A program made the position numbers and the translations under genes. From Octopus vulgaris (lineage: Eukaryota): DNA of 64,000 nt. The notes beneath the pieces are model-generated. The model saw only the letters and a program-made list of their open reading frames with translations. It had not been told where the DNA came from and ran no database searches. Location of the stretch: positions 74,400,001-74,464,000 of the forward strand of contig OX597825.1 of assembly GCA_951406725.2 (NCBI GenBank), read 5' to 3'. Positions 1 to 14,795 of the stretch are shown one piece after another (within the stretch, counting starts at the first letter, position 1; the number at the start of each line of letters is the position of its first letter).

Positions 1-253
1 CGACGCGTTGTGTCCTTGAGCAAGACACTTTATTTCACGTTGCTCTAGTGCACTCAGCTGGCAAAAATGAGTTGTACTTGTATTTCAAAGGGTCAGCCTT
101 GTCACTCTCTGTGTCACGCTGATTATCCCCGAGAACTACGTTAAGGGTACACGTGTCTGTGGAATGCTCAGCCATTTGCACGTTAATTTCACGAGCAAGC
201 TGTTCCGTTGATCGTATCAGCTGGGACCCTCGTCGTCGTAACCGGCGGAGTCT
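1..253 (+). mobile_element. CORE-type SINE (family D), 5' end cut by the window edge
   Basis: CORE-like ttgtgtccttgagcaagacacttt...cactcagctg..aaatgagt, then a tail (...taagggtacacgtgtctgtgg...cgtcgtcgtaacc) shared with copies at 26033, 32212 and 49714. Confidence 0.8.
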
Positions 254-1069
254 TTTTTTTTTTTTAATTATTATTATTATTATTATCGAAACAAGAACGG
301 TAAAGTGACAGAAATTATTGAAAACCTGATATGAAATACCTTTATGCAATCGTCGAGTAACCGAATTTACCCCGCTTTCTACATCCATCTCCTGTTTCCT
401 AGGTTCATGTAATAAATACTATATACATAGCGAGAGGTTATTCCATTGATTCTACTTCCTCCTACAGGTAAATATTGACCTTGTATGAATCTATGCAAAA
501 GAAACCACCGCGATTATTGCCAAAGAATCTCTTCTTTTATATTTCTCTTTGATATTCCCCTTTCCTTTTGATATTTCACATTTTCATCGTTTGATGTAAA
601 AGCAATCCGATACGTTTTTAGTGTAATTCAAAGCGGATATTTGCCTTTCATTCATTCTGGTTATTTTTATAAATATGTGTAATTAGCATAGCAGACTAAT
701 GCATTCAATAGCCGCTTTGTAACATTTTATTATTCGACCAACAATAAAACTGTATGACTTCTGTAAATACATTACCGAATATGATTTTTTAAAAGCTTTA
801 TAGTAGAATAAAAATGTTTGATCGATTATTGTGATATAAGAGAGTATATTTTGTCGTTAAATAATTCGACTTTCAGTTTAGAATGAGGAAATCAATCGTT
901 AAAAATACAAAAGTTGCTAAAAATATTGATTTATGGCATTGGTGAAACGCCACAAATCTTTAAGTGAAGTAACAGTTGAATTTCTTTTTGGCTTGTGTTT
1001 TGTTTTATTTATACAGGCCTGTTCAGGCGAAAACAAAACATAGGCTACGACATTTTTAGTGATCTGGGA

Positions 1070-1388
1070 TTTTCTTTTTTTTTTTATGCGCCCTTTTCAA
1101 GCTTATCCAGGCTCATGGGCCCGGTTTCCCGGTTTCTATGGCGTATGTGCCCCCCTCCAGCTGGACGGGACGCCAGTCCATCGCAGCATTACTCAAGAAA
1201 CAGGAATAAAGAGTGAGAGAAAGTTGGGGCGAAAGAGTACACAGGGGTCGACACCACCCCCTGCCGGAGCCTCGTGGGGGTATTTAGGTGTTTTCGCTCA
1301 ATAAACACAATGTCCGGTCTAGGAATCGAAACTGCGATCCTCCGACCACGAGTCCTCTGCCCTAACCACTGGGCCATTGCGCCTCCAC
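1070..1388 (-). mobile_element. tRNA-derived SINE (family C head, V-domain-like tail) with poly(A) and 8-bp TSD
   Basis: Minus strand starts gtggaggcgcaatggcccagtggttaggg (A box) ... gtttcgattcc (B box); T-run at 1070-1085; ATCTGGGA at 1062-1069 and 1389-1396. Confidence 0.85.
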
Positions 1389-1849
1389 ATCTGGGAGAGT
1401 ACTGATCATTCATAAGTGGAGGGACGTTATCGTCTGACCGAAAGCGTACTCCGAAAACCGAAAATTGAGTGGATTCCCCTAAGACAACTAGCACCCAAGA
1501 ACAGGAACGGTCTCTCTCAAAGTGGTTTGTATTCAGTTTCCGTGCATCAATTTATGTTCCGGAAGTTTTGGTTGGCTCGAAACCACATTGTTTTAAAACT
1601 AATATCGTGACTAAACGAACACGCGTAAATTGATTTACAGTGTGTCTCTCGTATTTATTTCATCGACTCCCATAAAAGCCAAAGGGGAAAAGGAAAATAA
1701 GTGTTTTACTTAATCAGTGTTTCACTTCATAAGTTAAAGTGAGGTGTCTCATTACCACAAAGCATTCTGTTTGGCATTCACCAAGTTTGTTAATAAATCC
1801 TTTTACTGGTTAATATTTTCCCCATCATCTGTTAAAGCTGATTAGTTTT

Positions 1850-2035
1850 ATTATTTTACTCTTATACTTGTTTCAGTCATGTGACTGTGGCCATGCTGGA
1901 GCACCGCCATTAGTCGGGCAAATCGACCCCAGGACTTATTCTGTGTAAGCCTAGTACTTATTCTATCGGTCTCTTTTGCCGAACCGCTAAGTTACGGGGA
2001 CGTAAACACACCAGCGTCTGTTGTCAAGCGATGTT
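1850..2035 (-). mobile_element. SINE family A, 3' half
   Basis: Reverse complement of the 3' half of the copies at 6455, 16973 and 32796. Confidence 0.85.
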
Positions 2036-2149
2036 GAACTCTGAACGTAAAATTCTGTAACTAAATACTGCAGTGAATTTTGTTCGACGCTCAAAGGATT
2101 ATGTTATGGTGTTTCTTTTATTTTTCATTGAAGATCTACATGGCTAACA

Positions 2150-2300
2150 AGTTGTTGCAGTTGATTTGCTCCAGCTCGGCCTCAACTGAGAGAAACTATG
2201 ATCAAAGTGTTCCATCCGTGACCACACGGTCTTTTATAGTGAATTTAGGTGTACTTTATCTAATATGAGCTTTTTTTCCATAATAATAAAGGTAGTGGCA
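2150..2300. repeat. Old dispersed repeat (family E); related pieces near 8840-8960, 22135-22250 and 28390-28450
   Basis: Shared degenerate motif of the form ...cctatgatcaaagg.attccagccgtgacc... Confidence 0.45.
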
Positions 2301-3137
2301 AGAATGGTGCCAGTGGTACCTATTTCAATGGTAGCTTGGCCACAAATTTACCTGAGCATATACCGAGGCACAAGTTTTCTTTTCTAAAATCATTATTAGA
2401 GGGACATTTGGTTGCTCTTTCTAGTACATTTTGCGGTCATGTAGTGGTTACTACGTGGTTACCACATCTCGGTAGCTATCAAGTATTCAACAGTTTTTCA
2501 ACTACCAGATAAGGTGATTAACCAAGATTAACCACTATTTCATTTACTTGGTATATATCTTTTTTTTTTATTATTTTGTATACTTTGATTTCTTTCATCT
2601 ATTTGTCTCGGCCAATAGCCATCAGCTTTATTCTGCGTCCTATTAAACGTTTTGATGAAGTCGCCGCATTATTGCATCGACAATTTACTTGTCAGATATC
2701 TGCAGCGTATTCGAGTTGATAATTCGAATAAATGTTACCCAAATTCGATTTAGAGATATTTGAGAAAAGCAAATCAAATGATTACTTATAACTTGTGTGA
2801 TAAAATATGTAAATCTCTCTCATTGACGAATAAATGTTATTAGCTTATCCCTCCATAAACTCTCGCTTTTCAGTTCCCGGTTTCCAACTTTTGTAGTTCT
2901 TTTTGATTCATTGCAGATTTTACTCCATATATGTGGTTGTTGACTAGAAACTCTAGTAGCACGATCCATCCTTTGGGTTGCGTTAGGTACTTATTTAATT
3001 CTTTTGATCTAACAGAACAGCTGTTAAGGTACTCATACTTTTAGAGTCCTTTGAGAAATTCTCGGCCTTTCTGCATCCCACTCGCACATTCCATGTTGGC
3101 ATGGATCAGCACTCGGTATAAAGTAATCGACCCAACT

Positions 3138-3430
3138 GTGGAGGCACATGGCCGAGTGGTTAGAGCAGCGGACTCACGGTCGAGGAATCGTGGGTTCGAA
3201 TCTCAGACCGGGCAATGTGTGTGTTTATGAGCGAAGCACCTGAGCTCCACGCAGCTCCGGCAGAAGGTAATGGCAAAACCTCTGCTGACAACTTTCTCTC
3301 ACTCTTTCCTCCTGCATCTTGCAGCTCACCTGCGACGGACCGGCGTCCCGTCCAGGTGGGGAACCTATACGCCAAGAAACCAGGAAACCGGCCCTTATGA
3401 GCCAGGCATGGCTCGAGAAGGAACAAACAA
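3138..3430 (+). mobile_element. tRNA-derived SINE (family C) with 13-bp TSD, inserted into an older Meta-type SINE
   Basis: A box tggccgagtggtt, B box ggttcgaatc; AATCGACCCAACT at 3125-3137 and 3431-3443; flank 3440-3595 matches family B on the minus strand. Confidence 0.85.
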
Positions 3431-5408
3431 AATCGACCCAACTACTTGACTGGTACTTTATTTTATCAGTTCAGAGAGGATAGAAACGCAGAAGCTTTGG
3501 CCCCGGTAGAATTTGAACTCAGCATGTAACCAATCCAAACAAACAACACAAAATGTTATCCTTCTTTCCACACGATTCTGTCAACCCACCGCCTACACAA
3601 AATATTCATATTCGATTAAACACTGACTGCATTAGAAAATTAGATCTCGGTTATCATGAAAATCTCTCATACATTTGCATGAATTTCTGAAACGTATAGA
3701 GTTCTATGCATTATTAACGAAACAGCAGCATGCAGGTAATGCACACGTTTAATTCAACTCCCCAACCAGTTGGAATCTATTCAGCTTTACACGCACTATT
3801 AGGATACTATGAATTTTTGACAAGTTTAAATGCAGTTTATTCATAGGCTAATGACCCGATGGATGTTGTTATGATAACATATTCCAAACGTGTGGCTACA
3901 TTTCGGTTTAGGTAGAAGGATTGTTGGTCATATTTTATGGAGGGGATTCTTGGGATAAGGTAGCCATATCGCATCACTAAACTCCTTCACAATACACTTG
4001 CAGTAGATCACATACTTAGTCTATACAAACCAATATTTCAATGAAGTTTATAAATTACAGAAATATCTTTGGGAAACGTTAATCTAGATGTCTTCACTAA
4101 TATTTTTTTGTCAGAGAGCGAAGTCTTTTCTCTCTCGGTTGGAGAGAGAATATATTCAATTCTTTGTGGCTAGAATTACCAAAATTTATTAAACGCTTGT
4201 CGATGCAGATCAGTGTTTGTTCCCTTGGATTTAATTTTGATTTTATTTTTATTTGCTGCTTATTCTGTGTTTCCTTATTTTAATTTTGTTGAAATAATTA
4301 AATGTTTTCTTCATCTCACGTTTTTCATCTGTCACAATCGATATTTTATAAATATTTTAACAACGAATTTTTACGCGGATATTTTAATGGCCCTATATTA
4401 TACAGTGTACATAATGGACATTCTTTTGTAGCTGTTTTGATCCAATTCAACACTGCAAAAACATCCCTATCATCACAAGTATTCCAGTTGTGATCATTCC
4501 ATGTTTTTTCAGACTCATTATTTTTCGGCATTACATTCAGTTTCAATGTGGTTTTCTTTCACTTTTAAGCTGAAAACTTGTTATGCGAGAAAAAATAGAC
4601 TATAATTTTCTCTAGGTCAAATGACCTTAATTGAGGCTGCTTCATTGGCTCAGGGATGTGCATATATTTCATATAAGCAGTAAATGTGTGAGCGAAAGTA
4701 TGTTGTCATAATCAAAGTTCCGAATAGAATTGGAGAGACAGCTCAATGTATGTGCTTAACACATATTTTAATGATTCACGCAGAGAATATTTTCATTTGA
4801 GAACGGACACTTAAGCTTGTTCTCCTATTTTCTTAAACATGCTTAATCTTGTTCCTCATATATTCTGGAACACATCTGAGGCATTCTAGCTGAAGAGAAC
4901 GTAGCAACCTGCTTATTGTATGTATTAACATTCTGATGTCACATTATGTTGCAGAGGTCAACATTACGTTTCAATATTCCAGATTTAATAACTATGTTCA
5001 TGCGTGCAATAGATCATTTCTAATCATTTTCTAAATATGCTTAGCTTTGAATCAAAGCAAAAAACAAAAAGTATTTAGGTTTATATAAAACATTAGAGAT
5101 ATATATTTTTATGTCGACGTTATAAAATATTATCTAATATACAATAAAATATTTAATTTATAATCAAATAATTCCTATTGCTTTTTGCAATATATTCTGT
5201 GTGACTCAGATTGAAAGAATGGTCATGCAGGCGTCATGCAGTTTATAGAAAAAGATTTTTCTTCACGAAATATTCACCTCCATTATCTCAGAACTGACAA
5301 CACATACGTTTGAAATGTTTTAAACAATATGATTATCGACATATGCTCTTTCCCCACAGACAAGCCCCCTGTTATATTTAAACAAACATGACCCCTGTTT
5401 TGTCCACA

Positions 5409-5512
5409 GATAAAATATTTATTTAATTCTACATGGATAAAATATTTATTTAATTCTACATGGATAAAATATTTATTTAATTCTACATGGATAAAATATT
5501 TATTTAATTCTA
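5409..5512 (+). repeat. 27-bp minisatellite, about 3.9 near-perfect copies
   Basis: Unit gataaaatatttatttaattctacatg. Confidence 0.9.
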
Positions 5513-5742
5513 GTTTGAAATAAAAGTTATTTCTCAGTTTCAACAGCGAAAAAGATCAGCCTTTACTTGGTGGCCCGACCTGTTGCAAAGCGCACAACAC
5601 TTTATATTCCACTCTGCCCGCTTCGTAACACTCTGCTATCAACGGATAATGTAGAAATAAATACTCCTAAAAAAGGCGAGATGAACAAAGTAAAACGATT
5701 TTAGCGTAATTATGCTCAAGCAAGATTGATTTTGGACAGTAT

Positions 5743-6017
<275 letters not shown>

Positions 6018-6454
6018 TCCTAATTGTTATCATACAAATAATCTTGTAGCAACGCAAGTGCGGCTGCTTTTGTTGTTGTTGTTGGGCGCTTAGTATTACT
6101 ATTTAGATTTCAAACAACATTATTCAGTATTTTTTATCAGATGCAATGTATCTCGGACTACAGTATCCAATATGCCCATAGCTTTGAAGGCGACAGGTTG
6201 TAAAGTGCGGTAGATAAATGAGTCAACTCCATTAATACAAAATTGAATTGCTAGGACTTGTGCAACTAAGTGTCTCACAGTGTTTCATTTCATTTATAAA
6301 ATAATTGAAACCCAATCACATATGGCTCCGGGTTCAATAAAATGCATACCAGTTATACATAGAGGTCAGTTTAATTATCAATAACGCATTCCCACAATTA
6401 ACTTAGCATTGTACCCATTCAAGAGCAATTATAATTATGTTTTTCGACAGAATT

Positions 6455-6922
6455 AGGAGTGGTTGTGTGGTAAGTAGCTTGCTTACCAACCACATGGTTC
6501 CGGGTTCAGTCCAACTGCGTGGCACCTTGGGCAAGTGTCTTCTACTATAGCCTCGGGCCGACCAAAGCCTTGTGAGTGGATTTGGTATACAGAAATTGAA
6601 AGAAGCCCGTCGTATATATGTATATGTACATATATATATGTGTGTGTGTGTGTTTGTGTATGTGTGTATTTGTGTGTGTGTGTGTTTGTGTATGTGTGTA
6701 TTTGTGTGTGTGTGTGTGTTTTCTTTTCCCCAGCATCGCTTGACAACCGGTGCTGGTGTGTTTACGTCCCCGTAAGTTAGCGGTTTGGTAAACGAGACCG
6801 ATAGAATAAGTACTAGGCTTAAAAAGAATAAGTCCTGGGGTCGATTTGCTTGACTAAAGGCGGTGCTCTAGTATGGCCACAGTCAAATGACTGAAACAAG
6901 TAAAAGAGTAAAGAGTAAAAGA
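6455..6922 (+). mobile_element. Full-length SINE family A (tRNA-like head, internal TA/TG microsatellite, (gtaaaaga)n tail)
   Basis: ggttccgggttcagtcc B-box-like motif, ccttgggcaagtgtctt CORE-like motif; near-identical to 16973 and 32796. Confidence 0.9.
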
Positions 6923-7136
6923 ACTGGTTTACAAGCAAAGCTGTGTTGTGTTTCGATTGAGACCCTTACTTTGTATTTCGGCTCTAATTAATAACACGAA
7001 CATATATGACCATAACGCTAAGCTGATTCCCTTTTGGAATATAACAGCAAGACGAAAGATTCATTTTTGCTCGGATGTATAATCTTTTATAAATTATTTT
7101 CGAATTTTCAGATTTTCATATGTATATGTAACAGAC

Positions 7137-7202
<66 letters not shown>

Positions 7203-8441
7203 GGTCGAAAGGTTTTTGGTGAAAGGACGTTTCGAAACAGATCCCAACTTCCACGGTAAGTATTGCATCATAAATGCTCTTAAACTCCCATTTTAAATGT
7301 TCCATTACTGTACATCTGCCGTTCCATTGATAAATTGTGTTATCTACGCATTCTATAATCGTCGACAAAAACAAGGCATTGATAAAGGATTAATATTTTG
7401 TCACAATTATAAATATTAGAATAGAAGGGGAATAAAAAGCAGTTGTATTTCATGTATATCAACTTCGATGCACTTTTCGGCTTTTAACTCGGAAATTATA
7501 TAAATAACACTCATTGATTGTTATTGTGAATCATATTTGTGTCACAAGATAATGGTTTGAAATGAGAGAATTTCTTTCTATTTCCAGACCCAATTCAGCA
7601 TTTTAAAAAGCAATGCTTTTTAAAGTAGGAGGTCGCCATTATTTGAAAAAAAATAATTTGATAATATGCTTTTTGTACAGAACATTACATTTGCTCTCCT
7701 GCATCCTAACCCTAAAAAATATTTTCTATCTCTTCTAATTGATGAAATGTATTTGGCTCAGAATCAATTTCATTGAATAATATGCCGTTATTTATTTTCA
7801 TTTCCATTTCGTTCCAAGATTCAATAATATTTTAGATGGTATGAAATTTAATATCATATCTAAAATGCCTTTGAAGAAATTCTATCGTTTTTAATCTTGT
7901 TTTAAATCGTTTCTTTCCTTGTTTTATAAATATATCATAGAAATATCACGTCATTATTAAATTTCCTGTAAAGAAAAAATGGCTTACCTTTTCGTTGAAA
8001 CGTAATAGTTTATCCATTTGACTGCAAACCATTTCCCAACAACTATTCTGTCTTAACATATTTAACTTTCCAATGATGAACAGCTACGTTCACTTTGAAT
8101 ATATAACGAATTTGAGGGAGGAAGTTTATATAGAATTGATCATATAAAACATATCCCTTTCTCACAAAAATACTCTAGAATTCAATTTACTGCTATGAGA
8201 ATAATGTTTAGAAATTTCCCGTAAGAGAGAGTGTGTGATGTATTTAAAAATAAATGTTATGGCTTCTTGCTGAAACACGGAATGAAAATATGTGCCAAAG
8301 GCTTTACAAACGTAGTTGAATTGGTTTAAAGGTAAAAGATAAGAAATAAAATGGAACCAGCTTCGAGAATCAAGTTACCAGGAGTTTCTCTTCAAATATA
8401 TCATCATCACCATTCTCCGTTTCATAATTTCAAGTGCAGTT

Positions 8442-8815
<374 letters not shown>

Positions 8816-9409
8816 CTGCTCCGTCATCTTACTGTTATATCTAAGCATTCAATGAGCAAGTAAACCTACGATCAAAAATGCTCCAGCCGTAACAATCGCC
8901 ACTTTTTTTTCAACCATAATGTTTTTGAGATTGCATTATTCAATATTCCACTAAATTTAGGTTCAATGTTATTTTACGTCGTATTAACAAATTTTAGACT
9001 GTTGAATATAGCAAAGTAGGAAGCTGCTTCAATTCTCAATTGTAGATAACCGTATTACCATTATATACGTCAGTAATATTGAAACTCATGAACATTACAG
9101 TTGTGTAAATAGAAAAAGGACAATGTATGTTCCGGAACGAAACTAAAATGTATTTCTTGGTGTATATGGTTTTTATTATTATTATTTTTTTTTGTTTAAC
9201 CACCTTTGGTAAAGAAAGGCTTTGGTCAAGAAAGGCTTTAGTCAAACTAATTGAGCTGTGGTTGTCTCATATGATTTTGTTGGAAACTCATTAACGTATA
9301 GACTTTCCAGTCACGCCACCCTTTAAAGAAAAGCAACAGTATAGGCCGTGATATAATGGTATTTCAAGCATAATGGGTGACCACTTAGAAACGCATTGTT
9401 TCGAGTTGT

Positions 9410-9835
9410 ATGTGTGTGTGCACATATGTATGTATGTATGCATGTATGTATATATATATATATATTCAAATGTATGTATATATGTATTGGTATATGCATA
9501 TATGTATGTATGTATATATCTATGTATATATATGTATATATGTATATATATAGAGAGAGATAGATAGATATATACATCTCTGTATATGTATATACATATG
9601 TATATATATATATATATATATGTATAGATATATGCATGTATGCATGTATATATGCATGTATGTATGTATATATGTATATATGTATATATATATATATGTA
9701 TATATGTATGTGTATATATGTATATATATATGTATATATATGTATGTATATATATGTATATATATATATATATGTATATATAATGTATGTATATATATAT
9801 ATGTATATGTGTTTACATACATACACACACACATA

Positions 9836-9921
<86 letters not shown>
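9410..9921. repeat. TA/TATG-rich microsatellite
   Basis: Read directly. Confidence 0.95.
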
Positions 9922-9922
<1 letters not shown>

Positions 9923-10390
9923 TAAACTTATTACTAAGCGTTGTGCGGTAAAGTATTCACGGAATTGTTTGCCAGTTTGTAGAATGGGAATTCATGATAC
10001 TTATGCATGTTTATATATTTAACCTAACTTATTTCGTTGGAACTATCCAAACAATAGTGATCAATTTAATATCTGAAGAAATTTGTGAGTATAAATACAG
10101 TGTCTGAAAGTATATTGATAATGTTTTCTGTAATAAAGAACAGAGACAATTTTTCGTCTTGATGTGTGTTGACGTCACGGAATCCATGTAGCTTTTCCTC
10201 ATGAAACGAGGAACAAATATTGTGTTTATTCGTTTTCCTTAATAAATAGATGTCCAAATATCACAAAAGTTCACACTGCACTGCGTAAATTAAGTATGAA
10301 AATCTATATGTAAAAAGATTAAGATAAAATATCCTACTTCAGAGATGTTTCGGGAACAAACAAATATATTCTAGAGTTTTAGTATTATTA

Positions 10391-10655
<265 letters not shown>

Positions 10656-10714
10656 GACACAGCAGAGCAGAATCTGAGGACACTATTTGCGATATGTGTT
10701 GTTAAATAATGCTT

Positions 10715-11140
10715 TCAAATTTTGCTTCAAATTTTGATACAATGCCAGGAATTTTAGGAGAAACGGTAAGTTGGCTGCATTAATCCCAGAGCTCAACTTG
10801 TGCTTAGTTATCGACCCACAAAGGATGCGATTCAAAGTAGACCGCAGCGGGATTTGATCTATGAGCGTAGAGAGTCGGAACAAATTTCGCTAAGCATTTT
10901 GTCCGCCATGCTAACGACTCTGTTAGTTCGCTGTCTGCCTTAACTTAGATTTTAAATTTTGGCACAAGGCCGGTAATTTCGGACGTAAGCGTAATTCAGT
11001 TATATCGATCCCAGTGTTGAACTGGTATTTATTTTCTCGACCCCGATATGATGAGAGTCAAAATCAGCCCCGGCTGAATTTGAACTCAGAACGCAAAGAC
11101 TGACGAAATACCGCTGAACGATTTTGCCAGCTGGCCGCCT
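10715..11140 (-). mobile_element. Two adjacent degenerate Meta-type SINEs (family B)
   Basis: Reverse complement of the family B consensus (tttgaactcagaacg, ttatcgacccc, ggcacaaggcc) present twice. Confidence 0.75.
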
Positions 11141-12484
11141 TTCTCTGTACGTTAATGTTAGCAAATAATGAATTGATCATAAAGTGGAATAAAATATTTT
11201 GTTAGAAGTGAAATAAATCAGATGTTTCATGCAGAACTCCTCTATTAGACATTCTTCTATGACGTAGAAATGAGTCCTTTGTCTTTAAAGTTGGTTTTCC
11301 AGTTTCGACTTCCAATATTAATATGGTCTTCGTTTTATTATGTCACTCGTTAGTTTCCAAAGCAGAAATCAATTTTCAGTAATTTAGTGTGCCAGTTCAC
11401 TTTGAAATATGAAACTTCATATTCTAATAGTTTTTGGAGCATGGCTAACTGTGTAGTTATGAAGTTGGATTTTCAACTTGTACTTTCATATATTATCGGA
11501 TCAAAGACAATAGGCGTATGTTTGAAATTTGGTAGATCGTATCTGTGAGGTAGGCCGGATGACAAGGGACCTCTGCCGTTTTGGGGAAACAAAACTTAAT
11601 CTAAAGACTGTTAAAAAACACCACCACCACCACATGACCATTGGGTGGCTGTCTTTCCCTCCTTCCACAAGTCCTGAAAGTCTTAATACTAGTCTTGAAA
11701 GACTGAAATGGCGTTTATTCTGTGAATTACTCATAAAACAAAGAAGAAAAAAAAACCAAAAAAACAATTAGAAATATTTGCTTTACATTTGTGTTATGTG
11801 ATCAATTGTGTCAGACAATGATTTAGAATTCTATTGAAGCCACTAATTGTAAATCATTCTATTCTTTAGATAAATATTTGATATTGTCAATGTAAAAATA
11901 TCCATTTAATACTAATATTGCTCAGTTTAGTGAACAAGAACGCATTAAAGCAAATATTCGCTTCCTGCAAAAAAGAGCAATAAATAACTGCAAATATACG
12001 CTGCCTATTTCGAAGATAGCACTAACACCATATTTCGTATTTCTGCTAGGTAACCAGGTTAGAAATCAATAAATTCCTAGGTTACCATACAGAGATATTC
12101 AAGATGAAATATATTCTTTAATAAAATCATTATTGGCAACAACGCTGAAGCCTATGTTAATTTCGCAGTCCAAGTCAAGTTTCGTCGTCTCTGTTCAACG
12201 AAGGAATCATTACAAAATCCTGTAGCCATAAAATGCCTGTCTTTATAATCCGCTCGGTTGTTGGGAGAGTACGCTTCTGGAGTGTTGTACGAAAAATCTA
12301 TTTAATAAAGATGAGAATCAACCTAGCATATATTACTACCGTCTCATATGGAACTCTATACTTATATCATTTTTTTAGCTACCGGCGTTGTACAAAAAAC
12401 TGCAAATATTGTTGTCTGATTAAGAAAGGTCGATATGCAAAAGCGTGGTTCTGCGATCGATTCTAATGCACGGGCATGTATTTG

Positions 12485-13040
12485 GGTGAAGAAGCTTTCT
12501 TTGCCTACACATAGTTTCGGGTTTAGTGCCGTAGCTTGGGCAAGTGCTTTTTACTCTGGGCCGACCAATGCCTTGTGAGTGAAGTCGGTAGACAGAAACT
12601 ACTTGTATATAAAAGGCAACGAGCAGGCAGAATCGTTAGCACGCCGGGCGAAATGCTTATGGGTATTTCGTCTGCCGTTAGGTTCTCAGTTCGAATTCCG
12701 CCAAGGTCGACTTTGCTTTTCATCCTTTCGGGGTCGATAAATTAAGTACCAGTTACGTACTGGGGTCGATGTAATTGACTTAATCCCTTTGTCTGTCCTT
12801 GTTTGTTCCCTCTATGTTTAGCCCCTTGTGGGCAATAAAGAAATAAAAAGGAAATAAGAAACTGTTTGTATATAATTTAAACAGCTTATGTGTTTGTGTG
12901 TGTGCGTGTGCATGTGTGTGTGTATGTTCGTGCGTGTGTGTGTGTCTCCCATACTGCTTGCCAACAGGTGTAAGTTTGTTTATGATCCCGTAACTTAGAG
13001 ATTCAGCAAATAGCTGAGAGAATAAATAACAGATTGGAAA
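12485..13040 (+). mobile_element. Degenerate family A SINE interrupted by a family B insertion
   Basis: Family A 5' part at 12485-12612 and 3' part at 12876-13040. Confidence 0.7.
12613..12856 (+). mobile_element. Young Meta-type SINE (family B) with 19-bp TSD
   Basis: Meta-domain-like ttttcatcctttcggggtcgataaattaagtaccag; TSD agaaact(ac/gt)ttgtatataa at 12594-12612 and 12857-12875 (17/19 identical). Confidence 0.85.
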
Positions 13041-13394
13041 AGAAAGATAAAATACAGTGAGGCGTCCAACATCCTAACCATTAAGTCACACACCTCAACT
13101 ACTGAGGGCTGTGTGCAAGAAATATAAATGTGGAAGTCTGAATGGTAACGCCTCTGGTTATTTCTGCTCTAAGCAACTGAGGAAATTGAACAATGTATGA
13201 GTGTCACGGATTATAAATCACAGAATAAACTGCTCGGCTAGAGATGGCGCTCAGAGATTTAGAAAGAGGGATTTTCTATGGGTTCAATTATCTACTTAAA
13301 TAACTGTAACTTGAATGTTTTTTTTACGTTTAGATAAAAGCCAAATTGTTGCAAGAACCATAACGTTTATTAATTTAGTTTTATTATATTATTA

Positions 13395-13687
13395 ATATAT
13401 AAAAGTGAAGTTGTGTGTCTGTCTCCTACGATTTAGATTCCTAACTACTCCCACATTTTGCGGTGCAGTTTAACCAAAAGCGGGTATCTTATAGTCGTGA
13501 TTCATATCGAGCCCTTCTGGGTATTAGCGCACGTCTACGATGAGGCTACGATTTAAAAAAAAAATTACCATAATTTTTTCCCATTTTTAATGCATTTTTT
13601 GCCATTATATCGAGGAAGTAACTCTCTAAAAATGCTTATATAGTTATTTCCCTTACAAACCCGAGCAACACCGGGCGATACTGCTAG
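13395..13687 (+). mobile_element. Non-autonomous Helitron-like element
   Basis: 5' tatataaaa...gtgtgtctgtc start; 3' GC hairpin cccgagcaacaccggg (13660-13675) followed 8 nt later by terminal CTAG (13684-13687) and a T; no TIR or TSD. Confidence 0.75.
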
Positions 13688-14530
13688 TTATTAATACTTT
13701 AACAAATAGTGAATTTGTGTTGCTTACTGTATTGACTTCATGATCATAATATTCAAATTCTTGCTCGTGATGCATTTTGGATATTTGAGAAAGGCATTTC
13801 TTGTAACGTTATTCCAGTCTACATAAGTTGTCGTACTAATAGTAAAACAGGAGAGAGAGAGAGTGGGGGGAATACCTTGCGGTATTTGGATTTTTCTCTT
13901 TACATTCTAACTTCAAAACACTTTTTTCACTTTACATTCAGACTTCAAAACTCTTCCATTCCTCAAGGTCCAATAAAATCTACTACCCCACTCCGCTTTC
14001 CACACATTTCTGGCTTTGAGTTAAATTTGGAACAGCTATTTTCATCATAAAATTATCATCATCCGGTCCCCAGGCCTTCCAGCTGCCATATTCTCTTTGT
14101 TTTCTTGGTTCAAACGATGCATAATGAAGTGGAAAGTTATGAATGCTAGCAACTACAATGACACCCAAAAAATAGTGATAACATGACTAAATCATACGAG
14201 TTTGCGAGTGATATCTATGCTACACTTTAACAAATAATTAGGGATGAAACATCAAACAAGACATCTCCTCTATAATATTATATGAAGTTAACTTATTGAA
14301 ACCGTTTACCCATTACGGTATTTTGAAGCATAAAAGCCTATCTCTTATTGTAAACATATAACGAAAACATTCAAAGATCGTTAATATTTTTCCAAAACCT
14401 GCCGTTTCATGTGGAAATTTTGGTCCTTCGATATTCTCCCGGCATATAAGTCAGGTTACTTCCTTTGGCTGCAATGTATTTTGATATCTCAATATGAACG
14501 TTTGTGTGGTTAAGATGTATGAAGAGTTCA

Positions 14531-14795
<265 letters not shown>

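Noticed and set aside
3138-3215. tRNA-like sequence with A and B boxes
   Set aside because: It is a SINE head that continues into the SINE body and is flanked by a TSD
5409-5512. 27-bp repeats as a CRISPR array
   Set aside because: No spacers, no cas genes, eukaryotic context
6483-6746. Recurring peptide GFGRPEAIVEDTCPRCHAVGLNPEPCGW at several loci
   Set aside because: Antisense translation of SINE family A, not a gene family
14115-14165. Partial miR-33-like word cattgtagttgc on the minus strand, and the 61-aa ORF at 13983-14168
   Set aside because: Seed mismatch and poor hairpin; the ORF has no ATG start and no recognisable domain
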